From the NCBI RefSeq assembly GCF_009914755.1, contig NC_060927.1: a stretch of 64,000 bases of DNA; one strand, written 5' to 3'. The notes beneath the pieces are model-generated. The model did not search any database. It saw only the letters and a list, made by a program, of their open reading frames with translations, and was not told the origin of the DNA. Each line of letters begins with the position of its first letter. Positions within the stretch are counted from its first letter, which is position 1. Shown one piece after another: positions 37,511 to 52,290 of the stretch. Source of the DNA: the human T2T-CHM13v2.0 reference genome, Homo sapiens. The position numbers and the translations under genes are program-made.

Positions 37511-39138
37511 TCAAATTGTCATTCAGGTTTGATGCAATTGCTGTCAAAATCCCAGCAAGAGTTTTTGCAGATAGCAAGATTATTATTTTAAAACCTATAT
37601 GAAAAGGCAAAGGAATTAAAGTAGCAAAAACAATTTTGAGAAAGAAGTACAACATGGAGGAATCAGCCTTCCTGATTTCAAGACTTGCTGTATAGCTACA
37701 GAAGTCCAGATTTTGTAGTATTGGTCAAAGGATAGACATTATAGATCAGTGAAACAGAATTGCAGCCCCACACAAATATGCACAACTGATTATTGACAAA
37801 GGTGCAAAGATAAGTCATTGGGGGAAAAAACCTTTTCGGCACATGGTGGCAGAGAAATTGAACATCCCTAGGCAAAACAAAACAAAAGCAAACCCCAAAC
37901 CAAAAAACAAAAAACCCATATAACTATAAAACTTTGAGAAAAAAACATAGAAGAGAATCTTTGAGATCTAGAGCTAGGCAAATAGTTCTCAGATTTGACA
38001 CCAAAAACATGATCCATTAAAAAAAAAATAAGTTGGATTTCATCAAAATTAAAAACTTTTTAATGTTTTAAGAAGGATGGTCTGTCTCAAAGACTCAACA
38101 TGGTACATGGTGGTTGGCCTTTATGTGCTGTTGAGGGTTTTCCTGCATTGAAGGGTGCACTCCTGGGTCACCTACTGTCCTGCAAGACAAGCTGTCTTAG
38201 CCCTCACACTATAAAAGCCACCCGGACACCGTCTCAAACAGAACTCAAAATGTTGCTGAGACTGGGATCTGGGGGCTGGATTTTACTTTTACAAACAATT
38301 TAAAACTTTTTACAGTTAAGAGGATGAATATACAGGCTAAAGACTGGGAGAAAAAATTTGCAAACCATATGTCCAACAGAACACTAGTATCTAGAACATG
38401 TAGAAAGAACTCTCAAGTCTTAGTCGTTAAAAAACAGACAAACATTTAACCAAACAACCCAATAAGAAAATGGGCAAAAGACATAAACAGTTTCTGCTGA
38501 AGAGAACGTCCATATGACAAAAAAACACATCGAAATTTGTTCAGTATCATTAACCATGAGAAAAATGCGAATTAATCCTAGTACACACTATCAGAACGGC
38601 TAAAATAAAAAATATTAATACTGATAACACTAAATGCAGAACGGATGGAGAGAAACTGAATCTGGATCACTCACTCATACATTGCTGGTGGGAATGTAAA
38701 ATGGTGTAGCTACTTTAGAACACTGTTTGGTAGTTTCTTAATAAAGAAATAGGCTGGGCACAGTGACTCCCTTCTGTAATCCCAGCACTTTGGGAGGCTG
38801 AGGCTGGAGGATCACTTGAGCCCAGGAGTTTGAGACCAGCCTGGGCAACATAGGGAGATTGCATCTCTACAAATAATTTTTAAAAATTATACAGGTGTGG
38901 TGGTATGCACCTGTGGTCCCAGCTACTCAGGAGATTGAGGCAGGAGGATTGCCTGAGCCTGGGAGGTCGAGGTTGCAGTGAGCCGTAATTGTGCCACTGT
39001 GCTCCAGCCTGGGCTACAGAGTGAGACTTGGTCTCAAAACAAAAACAAAAACAAAACCTCAAAAAACAGTACATGCAACTACCATATGGCCCAACAATTG
39101 CACTCCTTGGCATTTATCCCAGAGGAATGAAAACTTAC

Positions 39139-40015
39139 TGTATATGAGAGCCACTGTTTTTCCTTCTATAGTCTCACAGCTAAAGAAAAAAAACTTTTCT
39201 CATCTTCTCTACTACTCCTCTCAATATTTCGCTTCCGGTCACCAAAATCTATGGATTTCTGTCCCCCATACTGACAAGTTCTCCAATTTTATGTGGACAA
39301 CAAGTAGGTGTCCTATAATCAATTCCCTTCAATTCTGACACTATCTACCTGAAGTTAGTGCAGACGCCATTAAGGGCTCAGTCCCTCAAAACTGCCCCTG
39401 ACTTCAGAGGCCAGTCAGAAGTGGTGGGTCCTCAGGCAACCCACAGCTTCTGTCCAGGTTTGCTACAAATCAGAAGGTCCCATTACCCCTTCCTCATGTT
39501 ATGTTATTTGCTAGAGTGGCTCACAGAACTCAGGGAAACACTTACCTTTAGCAGTTGTGTAGTGAAGGATATGATAGAGGATACAGATGATGCCCCAGAT
39601 GAAGAGGTGCACGGGGCAAAGTTTAGAGGCGTTTTGAACACAGGAGCGTCTGTCCCCATGAAGTTGGGGTGGGCCATCCTCTTGGCACATGGATGTGTTC
39701 ACCAACCCAGAAGCTCTCTAAACTCCATACTTCAGGGATGTGGAGGCTAAGTCACGTAGGCGTGATTGACATTAACTGAGACTACAGTTCCTCTCCCTTC
39801 CCTGTAGGATGGGGAGTGGGGCCGAAAGTTCTAAGCTTCTGATCATGACTTGGTCTTTCTGTTGATTAGCCACATCTTGAAAGCTATCCGGGAGCCCACT
39901 AAGAGTTGCCTGATTAGAACAGAAGATGCTCTTGTCACCAAGGACATTCCAAGGGGTTTAGGAACTCTGGAACCAGGGGCAGAGACCTATATATATAATT
40001 TCTTACTATTTTATA
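39139..40015. mobile_element. MER21-like solo LTR inserted in the L1
   Basis: caattctgacactatctacctg...aagggctcagtccc; 5-bp TSD CTTAC/CTTAT (39134-39138, 40016-40020); L1 sequence resumes on the far side. Confidence 0.75.
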
Positions 40016-40519
40016 CTTATGTTCACACACACACACACACACCCCTATGCACAGATGTTTACAGCAGCTTTATTGGTAAGAGACAACTAGAAACAACCCA
40101 GATGTTCTTCAGTGGGCGAATGGTTAAACTGTGGTACATCTATACCATGGAATATTAGCTACTCAGCAATAAAAAGGAAAAAAACCATTGACAGAAGCAA
40201 CAACCTGGGTGAACCTGTAGACAATTATATGTAGTGAAAAAGGCCACTCCTAAAAGGTTACATAGTTATGATTCCATTGATGTGACGTTACCGAAATAAT
40301 AAAATTACAGTGTGGAGAACGGGTTAGTGGTTATCAGGGCTAAGGAGAGTGTGGGTGTGGTTATGCAAGGGCAGCAGGAGGGCTCCCTGTGCTAAAGGGA
40401 ATGTTCTCTATTTTGATTGTATCAACGTCAATACCCTGGTTGTGAGATTGAGTCATAGCTTTTTACCGTGTTACCACTGGGGAAACTATTTTGAGATGGA
40501 GTCATGCTCTGCCGCCTAG

Positions 40520-40852
<333 letters not shown>

Positions 40853-41217
40853 TAAAAATGTCAGGCAATACAATAAATGCTGTTTAATGAGAAATAAGCT
40901 TCGCTCCTCCCTGCTGTGTTGCTTCCATCAAGGCAAGCTCTGCTACTACTTATTAACCACATTATTTCCACAATTTTATATAGACTCCTGACTGAGGTTC
41001 TCTGAATATCAAAATTGGATATTACTTCAATAACATGGGCAAAATTAAGGCTTTTGACCTGCCTGATTTTCCTTGTCAAGGCAGTTTGTCCCCATTTCCC
41101 ACATGGGATCTGCAGGGCTGGGTCCCATCTCTCAGTTCCCTGAAAGAGATGCAGTGGGCTATGGCTCATGACACACCCTCGCCTGGCTTCTAACATGTCT
41201 GTGTAAACCTGTGGCAG

Positions 41218-41336
41218 GAATCGAGCCCACTGGAAACATGGTGAAGCAGCCAGCCAAGTTCACTGTGGACACCATCAGCGCCGGGCAAGGAGACGTGATG
41301 GTGTTTGTTGAGGACCCAGAAGGGAACAAAGAGGAG
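41218..41336 (+). CDS. FLNB: Filamin B exon 5 (Ig repeat 1), 119 nt
   Basis: ggcag|GAATCGAG...GAGGAG|gtatgt; [39 protein letters not shown]. Confidence 0.97.
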
Positions 41337-41618
41337 GTATGTTGGAGGATGCTGCCTCTCCTTTCCAGCACCTCATGGAGCTTTTGGGGCTTGTAATGCG
41401 GCCAGGGACTGTGCCTCCATTTTCATTTCAGCTCACAACCAAAAGTGTTTTTTACCAAAAGGATACTGAGGCTTATAGCTGTTAAAGTAACCTGCCCAAG
41501 AGGTGAGCCTTGAAATCAAATTTAAATTGATTGCCAGGGACACAGTGTTTAATGAAATAAAGGATACTTTGGATTTAGCAAAGGTGCCTTGTCAGTTGAG
41601 GTTTATGTATGTATGTAT

Positions 41619-41649
<31 letters not shown>

Positions 41650-42534
41650 TTGAGACAGAGTTTCACTCCTGTTCCCCGGGTTGGAGTGCAGTGGCACAAT
41701 CTTGGCTCACGGCAACATTCACCTACTGGGTTCAGGCGATTCTCCTGCCTCAGCCCGGCTAATTTTTGTAACCCAAGTAACTGGGATTACAGGGACCTGC
41801 CACCACGCCTGGCTAATTTTTGTATTTTTAGTAGAGACAGGGTTTCACCACATTGGCCAGGCTGGTCTTGAACTCCTGACCTCAGGTGATCCACCTGCCT
41901 CTGCCTCCCAAACTGCTGGGATTACAGGTGTGAGCCACCATGCCCAGCCTCAGTTGAGGTTTTATATACTGATGGCCAGAATAATAAGAGTCTTGCCCTG
42001 CTCTCTTGCCACATTGGCCATTCATTGGTTCCTCCCTCAGAGCCTTTGCACATGCTGTTCTTTCTGTCACTTATTTTCGTAGGACCATATTTTATTCTTG
42101 GCATTTAGCATAATTTGCAATTCTAAGTTTACAGATGGATGGTCCATTTCCCCCACTGGGGCAGGGATTGTATCTGACTTGCTCATGTTTTATTTTTAGT
42201 ACCTAACACTGGGCCCTGCATTTCATAAGCTTTCAATGAACTATTGAGTGGATAAAGGTTTAAGTTTCTTGCTTCATATTCTCTCTTACCTAGAGAGTGC
42301 CAGCCTGACACTGGACACTGGAGAGTCCTGACTCTGTTATGCCTCTGTGCTGCATGGTTTTGTTTCTGTGACTTCAAGCAGTTTCTCTCTAGGGGCGTTG
42401 TGCAAGAGGGACAGGAGCTCGCCAGCACCTTCAGTGTTTCCGACCTGGCAGCTCCTGCAGAACCCCTGCTGACACAGCATGCTCCTTACTCACACCCGGC
42501 ACCTTTTCTAACTGTTGCCCACCTTCCCTCCTAG

Positions 42535-42612
42535 GCACAAGTGACCCCTGACAGCGACAAGAACAAGACATACTCTGTGGAGTATCTGCCCAAGGTCACC
42601 GGGCTACACAAA
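42535..42612 (+). CDS. FLNB: Filamin B exon 6 (repeat 1), 78 nt
   Basis: cctag|GCACAA...CACAAA|gtaaga; AQVTPDSDKNKTYSVEYLPKVTGLHK. Confidence 0.97.
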
Positions 42613-42890
42613 GTAAGATGAAGCAGCATGGCTGTGGCTTGGGCTGCTCTGGGGCTAGGAGAAGAAAGATAGCCCAGGAAGAAGAGTGTTTTTCTTAAGT
42701 GAATTTCTGATTTTCCTTTCTGATTATAGAAGGATCTATGCTCATGATAGAAAATTGGAATCACTAGGATTCCCTCTACTAGCTAGGATGAGTTGTTTGC
42801 AATGTCGTAAGATTTTTCCAACTCCATCTAGGTAACTAATGGTTGCAGCTGTGTGTCTGGAGTGTAGATGCTGTGGTGACTACACTATAG

Positions 42891-43121
<231 letters not shown>

Positions 43122-44207
43122 TGAACTCCTGACCTCAAACTATCCTCCTGCCTCAGCCTCCCAAAGTGCTGGGATTATAGACATGAGCCACCACACCCTG
43201 CTGGCTCTTTGTCCTTAATGCTTTCTTAAGAACTCTCCTTGGAGGTGCTCTGGAGGAGCTGTCAGCATTGAAGGCTGAGGATGGAGTAGTTCAGCTGAAT
43301 ATAGTAGAGGGAAATGGCCCTCTCAGCACCTGGAGAAATGATAGGGATTGAGGCCTCAGGCTCTTTGTCTTGGCAACCTTTCGAGTTCTGTTTGAGATGA
43401 CATCCAGTGACCTATAGGGCAAGGGCTGAGAGAGCCTGTCTTGCAGGAGAGTGGGGTGACCCAGGAGTACACTTTTCATTGGAAGAAAGCCCTCAACAGC
43501 ACATAAAGGCCAATCCCATCATGTACCTGCCCAGACTTTGGAATACAGACTGTACTCACCACCTTGGGCTTTAGTGAATTCACCTGGAATGATGGCCTTA
43601 GCGTTCTCTTAGACTCTTAGACTATGATGCATTTGGAGTAAATGCTCTTGAAGAGAGCATTTATAATGTAATTAATTAATTCCAGTCAAGTATAGGTTCA
43701 CATGAAACCCAACCCAATTACCCCCCAAAAATTTCAGAGATGAGAACAGTGACTCAAGTTTTAGATGGAAATCATTCTACTTTGTCCCAAATCCATGTAT
43801 CTAAGAATGATTTTCGTCCCTTGAAAAAACAGTTTGGCTGTGGATTTGAAATCCTGGAACTGCATATTTTATTCTGAGGGATAGTGGCCCATTCAGCCCC
43901 CGAAAGGACTCAATGTCCAGAGATTGAAATGTGTTTGTTTCCTATTAAAGAGACTAAGTGTATATAAGGTCAGCATTTTTATTTTGCTAAAGGTGTGATG
44001 TCCCAGACCCAGCTGTATGGCTGAAGGGGCCAGGTGGGAGTCCCATTCAGGCTGTTAAACTTGGTTCCAGGGCTCCTTATTCTAGACACCTTGTGTGTGC
44101 CATCATGGGAGAGTAGGAGAGGTGATCATCAATGTATGTGGCTTGATGTCAGTCTTGCTGGGCACAGAGAAGTGATTATGTATTTCTCACCTATCTGTCA
44201 CCTATAG

Positions 44208-44370
44208 GTCACAGTCCTCTTTGCAGGACAGCACATCTCCAAGAGCCCATTTGAAGTGAGTGTTGACAAGGCCCAGGGAGATGCCAGTAAAGTCACTGCA
44301 AAAGGTCCAGGGTTGGAAGCTGTAGGGAACATCGCCAATAAGCCCACCTACTTTGACATCTATACGGCAG
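44208..44370 (+). CDS. FLNB: Filamin B exon 7 (repeats 1/2), 163 nt
   Basis: ctatag|GTCACA...ACGGCAG|gtaacg; [37 protein letters not shown]... Confidence 0.97.
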
Positions 44371-45103
44371 GTAACGTGCCTCTCCTCCATGGATCTGACC
44401 TTTGCGCTTTCTTCCAGAGGCTGAAATATAATCCTCGGGGACTTGAAGGCCTGACCTTTTGTCTTTTAAATCAAATAAATAATCACAAAGACAATTTTTT
44501 CAAATGTGTTATATTAGATTTTTCAAAACCAGCTTTTCTTCTCTAAAATACTCAGGCTTCACTTGAATAAGACATACTTCTTGAATTGTTGGCTTCTTTT
44601 CCATGTAGTAAATAGAAAATGCAGAAGAAGGAAACATTCAACCATAAACCCTTCAACCCCTAGAAAATAGTTGTTAACATCTTGGTGTGGACCTCTCTGA
44701 GGGCCTGTCTCCTGTTTACTTGTTTTGTTGTTGTTGTTGGGGGAACAGAGAATCACTCTATTGCCCAGACTGGAGTGCAGTGGCGTGATCTTGGCTCAAC
44801 GCAACCTCCGCCTCCTGGGTTCAAGCGATTCTCATACATCAGCCTCTCAAGTAGCTGGGATTACAGGCGTGCGCCACCATGCTTGGCTAATTTTTGTATT
44901 TTTTTTAGTAGAGACGGATTTCACCATGTTGGCCAGGCTGGTCTCGAAATCCTGACCTCAAGTGATCTACCCACCTCGGCCTCTCGAAGTGCTGGGATTA
45001 CAAGCATGAGCCACCACACTGGTCCTGTTTGCATTTTGCACTCAGCAGCAGTGAGCTTTCAGAGAGGGTGACTTGGGCTCATGGAATGCTTGCTTTCTTG
45101 TAG

Positions 45104-45301
45104 GAGCTGGTGTGGGTGACATTGGTGTGGAGGTGGAAGATCCCCAGGGGAAGAACACCGTGGAGTTGCTCGTGGAAGACAAAGGAAACCAGGTGTATCG
45201 ATGTGTGTACAAACCCATGCAGCCTGGCCCTCACGTGGTCAAGATCTTCTTTGCTGGGGACACTATTCCTAAGAGTCCCTTCGTTGTGCAGGTTGGGGAA
45301 G
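45104..45301 (+). CDS. FLNB: Filamin B exon 8 (repeat 2), 198 nt
   Basis: ttgtag|GAGCTG...GGGAAG|gtgagt; AGVGDIGVEVEDPQGKNTVELL...SPFVVQVGE. Confidence 0.97.
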
Positions 45302-46757
45302 GTGAGTGCTGGGCTGCTGGCCACATGTGCTTCTCATAGGGAAGCTGACTGCACAGCTGGGCAGGGAGGCCAGGAAAACAGTCAGGGCCCAACATTGACC
45401 TTATGCCTATCCCTTTTCTGCCAGGGCTACTTCAGCAGTAAGTGGCTTACTTTGTCCTCAGTATATTAATATTAATATCTTCTATGAGCCACGCAGAGAC
45501 CTAAATGCTTTGCTTATATTAACTCATTTACTTCTCTCCAAAACACATGTACAGGAGAGTCATTATCCTCATGGAGGGAGGTGGGACTGAGGCAGTGGGA
45601 GGACTCGGTAGCATAACTGAAGTTAGCAGCAGCAACATGGGCCCTGCAGCCTCCATTGCTTGGCCTTTACTGGCCCAGGCACTTACCATGACTGCATCTA
45701 ATCATTGCACCAGCCTGTGTGTTGCAGGTGCTATTATTATCCCTAGCTTGCAGGTGGAGATGCTGAGGCTTAGATAGCGTTAGGTATCAGTACTACAAGG
45801 CATCAGCAGGGCTAGAACCACAGACTCTGTTGGCCTTACCCTTAACTACTCTGCTAAACTCCCTCTGGCGCTGGGGGTACGCATTTTTCTCAAATGTTAG
45901 ACTCTCTCCCTCTGACTTTGTTGCCCCTTTTTTTCTGTTTTGTTTTGTTTTGTTTTGTTTTCCAACTGTACTACCTTTTCTAACCCACACTTGCCTTTCC
46001 CTGTTCTGTCCTCTGAATCTGCGTCTGCAGACGTGGCTTCCTCTTCCGAATCCTACCTCTGGGCCAGCCTGGACCCTGAAGCTGTTGGCTTCCTAGTTGA
46101 GACCACTGGGCCAGAGGCCTCTTGCTTGGTAAGGGCTGGTTGGGTGGGACTTCCTTGCCAGTTCTTTGTGCTGCTTGTGAATGTTAGCTGGGCCCGTGTT
46201 CTGTGTGATTTTAGGAAACTCTGTGCAGGTGTTATTATTACAGCCTGTCCAGCCGGAACCCAAACCCACTGTCTAATTGCCTTTAAACACATCTAGGGCT
46301 TTTTTAGATGGTGAAGGAGCTGGTGGTGCCCTTCAGACTCTAGCCCCATTTAATGTTTATATGAACTCAGCAATTACTCTTTTGATGTTGAGACTGTTGC
46401 ACATGTTCATAATTTCCATGAGTGTGTGTGTGTTTCTTAAGACACATTAAAGCCCTCCGAGGAAGTCCTGTCATTGTATTGTGACTGACTTCTGGTATGA
46501 CCAACTTTTCTCCCCTTGACAAAGAAAAAACAGGCAAAAAAAATTCTAACATATTCCTAAGCAAAGCTCTTTTTTACATAAGAGAGCATTTTGAATAGCT
46601 TTCCTAATTCTACTATTGTTTTCCAACCTTTCCTCACTCGTGGACTTCCTTTTTCTTTTCTGGCCTGTACATCCTATACTATTTAGCATTTAATGAATAA
46701 CCTTTTTCTTTTAATTTACTAACATCCTCTCTCCCACCTAAATGATTTTACATATGT

Positions 46758-46762
46758 AAAAA

Positions 46763-46804
<42 letters not shown>
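46758..46804. repeat. Poly(A) run followed by about (AT)17
   Basis: Direct reading. Confidence 0.9.
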
Positions 46805-46807
<3 letters not shown>

Positions 46808-47141
46808 CAGGGGCGCGGTGGGAAGGATACAGGGTCTCACTCTGTCTTTTGGGCTGGAGTGCAGTGGTACCATCATGGCTCACTTGTAGCCTCGACCTCC
46901 CAGGCTCAAATGATCCTCCCACTTCAGCCTCTTGAGTAGCTAAGACTGTAGATGTGCGCCACCATGCCTGGTTACATTTTTTACCCTTTTTTTTTCTTTT
47001 TCTTTTTCTTTTTTTTTTTGTTTTGTTTTGTTTTGAGACAGAGTCTCACTCTCTCACCCATGCTGGAGTGTGGTGGTGTGATCTTGGCTCACTGCAGCTT
47101 CTGCTTCCCTGGTTCAAGTGATTCTTGCCTCAGCCACCTGA

Positions 47142-47312
<171 letters not shown>

Positions 47313-48621
47313 TGACCTAATTTTTCTTTTTTTTGTAGAGGTGGGGTCTCACTCTGTTGTCCAGACTGGTCTTAAACCCCTGGACTCAAGCAATCTCCCC
47401 GCCTCAGCCTCCCAAAGTGCTGGGTTTACAGATGTAAATTATTTTATGTTAAAAGAAACTTTATATCACTTTCACAATGGAAAACCAAAGTCACTTGCCA
47501 TAAAGTGCCACCGTAAGCTTATGTTCATCCATAAACCATCTAAAATCATCTCTAACTCCAAGGGTATGTGTATGACTCTTTGGGAAGCAGTTGTTTGCCA
47601 AATAGCCAGCTAAGGCCATTGCAGGAAGGAGGAACCAGAGGAGGAATTACCTTCCGTCTGTGGAGTAGAGTCCCGTCTTCTGGAGTCTGTGACCTTCCTG
47701 TATAGAGATTTGTCAAATTTTCAGTGTTAGATTTGGAAAGGAAAAGCCACTTAATAACATGACATTTTCCCCACTAGTCTCCCGTTTCTATTTACTGAAA
47801 AGGTTGTCCGTGCTGGGCAGAAGATTTATTCTAGGGCATAAAGGTATCTTTTATCAACCTCTAGATACCATGGAACAGTAGTTCTGTGGACATTTCAAGT
47901 AAGGCATATTGGAAGCTATCTTCACCCTTAACTTTTAGACTTACAACTCTAGGTTTTCAAGCTAGACCCGGAAATGAAATCAGCAATGGTGTTTACTGCT
48001 AATTATTGCCTTTATAGCCACCCACATTCTGAAGGCCTTGTAACAGACAGCACGAAAAGATTGGTCTGCCTCAGCCAAGGTGGGGCTGAACTGGTCTCTT
48101 TCCAAGCTGTGTTGGTTGTTTTTGCCTGGTTGTTCAGGCGGAAGACAACAACATTTAGACACTTAAAAATGGCTGACCCAGGTTTTGGAACCCAGACAGG
48201 CATTTTCAAGTACTGCATTTTCCAAGAAGACTTGAAAAAGTCCAGTCTATCCAATTACTGAGCCCTTGAGTATGGCAGTGAGGTTTGAATAATGTCCAGC
48301 ACTCGGCCTTAACTCCCTTTCACAAATGAAAGGTTAAATGCTGGAAGCAGGAGCACAGCATGGATTTGCTGTGCTCTCCTGTTTTCTTTGCCAAAGTCAC
48401 TTTTCTCCAGTCCTTCTGTGGTGTCACTGGACAAAGTTATATTGTGTCTGTATTTGCTAGCCTGGTGTGCTCCCTGAGTGGGACCCCTGGTCTTGGGCAA
48501 CTACTGCATACTATTTGTGCAAAGCAAATATTTTCTTGGCGGGTGGCTCCAGGTTACCTTGGCTTTCACGACTCTGACTAAAGAATGAAAGATTGAATTG
48601 ATGTCAAAACTGTGCTTGCAG

Positions 48622-48759
48622 CCTGCAATCCAAATGCCTGCCGGGCCAGTGGCCGAGGCCTACAACCCAAAGGCGTCCGTATCCGGGAGACCACAGATTT
48701 CAAGGTTGACACCAAAGCTGCAGGAAGTGGGGAGCTCGGTGTAACCATGAAGGGTCCTA
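48622..48759 (+). CDS. FLNB: Filamin B exon 9 (repeat 3), 138 nt
   Basis: ttgcag|CCTGCA...GGTCCTA|gtaagt; [45 protein letters not shown]. Confidence 0.97.
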
Positions 48760-49681
48760 GTAAGTGTTCCTTTGTTTCTCTATCTCAGGTGTGGTTTTGG
48801 CTAACTTTGCAGCCATGGCATATGGATTTCATCCCACGGCCAGTTGTCCTCAATAATCCCAGAAGGCTATGTCAAGGATTTGAGGCTATCTGGGCTCCTT
48901 GGGGAAGACGGCAGTGATTGATTAGTAATGTCTGCCCTGGATGCGGCCAGTGGGTGGCTTGACAGCTTTACATTACATCAAGACTTCTGGGAGTAGAAAA
49001 AGCAGTGATGTAAAGGAGTTGGGGAAATGCTGCTGTTGGAACAAGTGGCTCATTTTTTATTTTAGACATCTGGGCTCAGAGAGGAAGGCTCTTGCCTAAG
49101 GTCATACAGCGTTTGTAATCATCTGAGCTGGAATTCAAGCACAGTCTCCAAAGCCAGTGATTTTCCCACTACAGGTTACATTTTATAGAGTATGAAATTA
49201 TGTCAAGTACTTAATTACTATGATCAGTGCTTATAGAAGGAGAATAAAATTCCCTAAGATTAAGTTTTCTTTGTAGATAAATGCCATTTGTGGAGGTACA
49301 GGTTAAACCCTGCAACCCATTCTCTCTCCCTCTTTTGGGGAAGGAGACAGCAGATGTGGGGATGGGTGTCTTCACTTTTTTCGTTGGAACAGAGAAGCAT
49401 TTCAGCACTTCTAGTCTCGGGTGTAGCAGCCTTTGGTGGTTTTACTCCCATGCCTGTGGAATCTTGAGCTTCCTGTACCAGGATTGCTCTTACCTTCTGT
49501 GTTCCCAACAGGCTGGGGCAGGAGCATTTTGAGCTCCAGAAAGTTAATATTTGACTTCACAGCACCAGGCTTTGGGTCAGGCTGTGCCCTGAGGGTAGCC
49601 GAGGTTCTAGACTGCCCAGACCTGGAGTCAAGCTGCTTGGGGACTGTCTTCCCTCCCAGATTATTCCAACAGGAGCCAAGG

Positions 49682-49684
<3 letters not shown>

Positions 49685-49732
<48 letters not shown>

Positions 49733-49746
49733 ACGCGCGTGCATGC
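49685..49746. repeat. (GT)23 followed by GCACGCGCGTGCATGC
   Basis: Uninterrupted purine/pyrimidine alternation. Confidence 0.92.
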
Positions 49747-50394
49747 CTCTGCGTATGTGTGCGTACGTGTGTGTTTTCTCCTGACCTTGAATACTTGCTT
49801 GACTCAACGGCTTTCCTGGCCAAACCTCAGGGCTCAACACAAAACAAGTTCCTGCCTGATGGCTGGGTTTGGAGTTTGCAGCGTCACATCTAAAACCTGT
49901 CCTCTTGCAGATAGCGTCTGAGGACTTTCTTGCTTTTGTTGTCCAGCTTTAGATGGAAAAGTATACGCTGGAACACTGAACCTAAAACTCATACCAAATA
50001 CTTCTAAAGGTTTACTTCTTCCCCAGTTTTTGTGGGGGACTAGGAAGGGTAGCTATGATTATTGGGAAATACTGAAATGTGACTGGATTTATCTTTATGC
50101 AGGCCCAGGGAGTTCAGGACCTCAGGGCCCCTCGTAGCCAAGCAAGATTTCTAAAGCCAATTAGCTGGGAAATCCTCCATTTCCTCATACCTTGAAGCAG
50201 AGATGGCTGTGTTTTTAGCTTTGAAGTAATCTCCCAGGCTTTGAGGGGAGAGGTCCCATACTCTGGGGCAGCCCACTTGGTTTTTATGTATGGTTTATGT
50301 TTTGTCAGTGTGGCTGCCTCTCTGTTCTTGTCCTTTTGATTCTCATTTTGGGCCTAGGATTGTGTTGGAAAGATTATCTCCTTCCTTCCCACAG

Positions 50395-50521
50395 AGGGTC
50401 TGGAGGAGCTGGTGAAGCAGAAAGACTTTCTGGATGGGGTCTACGCATTCGAGTATTACCCCAGCACCCCGGGGAGATACAGCATTGCCATCACATGGGG
50501 GGGACACCACATTCCAAAGAG
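50395..50521 (+). CDS. FLNB: Filamin B exon 10 (repeat 3), 127 nt
   Basis: ccacag|AGGGTC...CCAAAGAG|gtgagg; GLEELVKQKDFLDGVYAFEYYPSTPGRYSIAITWGGHHIPK. Confidence 0.97.
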
Positions 50522-51515
50522 GTGAGGCTCCTGCTGCAGAGGGGTCTTCTCTGGAGGGTGCTCGGCCCAGGGCGGACTCATGGGTGGTTGCTTCCCGGGC
50601 TGCAGGAGGGAAAGAGATCTGCTTTGTTGAAAACTTTTTTTTTTTTTTTTTCGGAGCAGCACAGACATTTGGCCTGTTCTCAAAAGCAGCAGAAAGTTGC
50701 TGTGGTTTTAGCTGACTTGCTTTAAATCAAATGCTGGTGGTTAGGGGCTGGTGGGAGGCAGGGGAGGCAGAAGGAGCAGTTAGAGCAAATGGGCTGTGTG
50801 TCTAGATGCCCGCATATAAACTGAGATTCTCTTTTTCAATGAACTCCTTTGTTCATGAATGCCACGGGGCAGAATCTGCTGTGGTTTACATTAAGACCGT
50901 CTACGTGAGTGCTGTCAGGGGCCAAGGGACGCAGTCTACAGCTTTGCCTTGTGGGCATTGCACTTGCCCCTCTGCGTTCTGTGTTTTCCAGCTCCCCTGG
51001 AGGTGCAACTTTAAACTCCGAATAAATTCAGTTAGCCTTGAGAAATATTTGGGCATTATTGGGTTCCGAATACCTACCACGCTTTTTTTTTTAAGCCTCC
51101 CATGCCAAGGTTACAGCACATTCATTCATGTATGAGATAAAGCCCATTCAACCAAGTTTTCTGGTTATAGCATAAGCAGGATATAGTGTGTGGACTCTCT
51201 CACTTTCCAGGGTCATAGTCTGGGGAGGCCTGCACACAAAGGTAAAGGGCCAGGAGGCTGGTGCAAAGCAGCGTGGCTTGAGTGCCAACCCAGTGGCCAC
51301 CTGAGCTCCCAGAAGCAGTCACATTACATTATATTGTTGACATAACAGTAGCTATGGGTGAGAGGCCTGCAGGAGGAAGGGCTTGGCTGCAGTTTGGGAT
51401 GCCAGATGAAAGGATCAGGCAAGTGGAAAGAATGTGCAAAGGAGCTGCAGCTTATGGCTATAGTGACACCTTACTTTACTCTTCTTTGATGCTTCTTCTA
51501 TTCCTTTCCCTGTAG

Positions 51516-51652
51516 CCCCTTTGAAGTTCAAGTTGGCCCTGAAGCGGGTATGCAGAAAGTCCGTGCTTGGGGCCCTGGGCTCCATGGTGGGATTGTCGGG
51601 CGGTCAGCGGACTTCGTGGTAGAATCCATTGGCTCTGAAGTGGGGTCTCTGG
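51516..51652 (+). CDS. FLNB: Filamin B exon 11 (repeats 3/4), 137 nt
   Basis: ctgtag|CCCCTTT...CTCTGG|gtaagt; PFEVQVGPEAGMQKVRAWGPGLHGGIVGRSADFVVESIGSEVGSL. Confidence 0.97.
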
Positions 51653-52065
51653 GTAAGTGGACACAGCTGACCAGCATCTTCTGGAGGACTGAGGATTACA
51701 GGGCTTCCGGGCTGTGTCAGGCTGGATGTTGGGGCCTTGCCTAGCCTCAATACCTTTAGCTTCCTGGCCTCCTGGCCACCCTAAGCCATCTCTGCGTGCT
51801 GCTGTACATTTGCAGTTGCCTCTGATACCAGCATTGATTCATTCAGGAGACCTTGAGGGCAGAAACCTTATGTGGGTATTGTGCCTAAAACAATGCTTGG
51901 AACGTAGTAAACACTTAGCAAATAGTGTTGACTGACCTTTATAGTTTAGATGAATGAATGAATGAATTTTGCTGAAATTTGGATTTGGAAGATAAATATT
52001 TCCTTTGGAGCACAGCTGAAGTATATTTTAAATACATGTCTAATGTATATATGATCATTTTATAT

Positions 52066-52290
52066 CAGGAGTCAGCCAGCTTTTTCTATAAAAGGCCAGA
52101 TGGCAAATATTTTCCACCTGTGGGCCTTATGGTCTCTGTCACAGTTATTTGACTCTGCCGTTGTAGCCTGAAAGCAGCTATAGGAATACGTAAACAAACG
52201 TGTGTGGCCATGTTCCAGTAAAACTTTATTTGCAAAAGTAAGCAATGGGCCAGATGTGGCCTTCAGACTGTCGTTTAGCAACCCGTTTTA
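52066..52290 (+). mobile_element. MER58A-like element
   Basis: tttttctataaaaggccagatggcaaatattt...gttccagtaaaactttatttgcaaaa. Confidence 0.78.

Noticed and set aside
39358-39750. 130-aa ORF
   Set aside because: It lies wholly inside a non-coding MER21-like LTR.
46510-46523. CTCCCCTTGACAA match to U6atac snRNA
   Set aside because: Only about 13 nt match and the flanks do not extend, so it is a chance hit.
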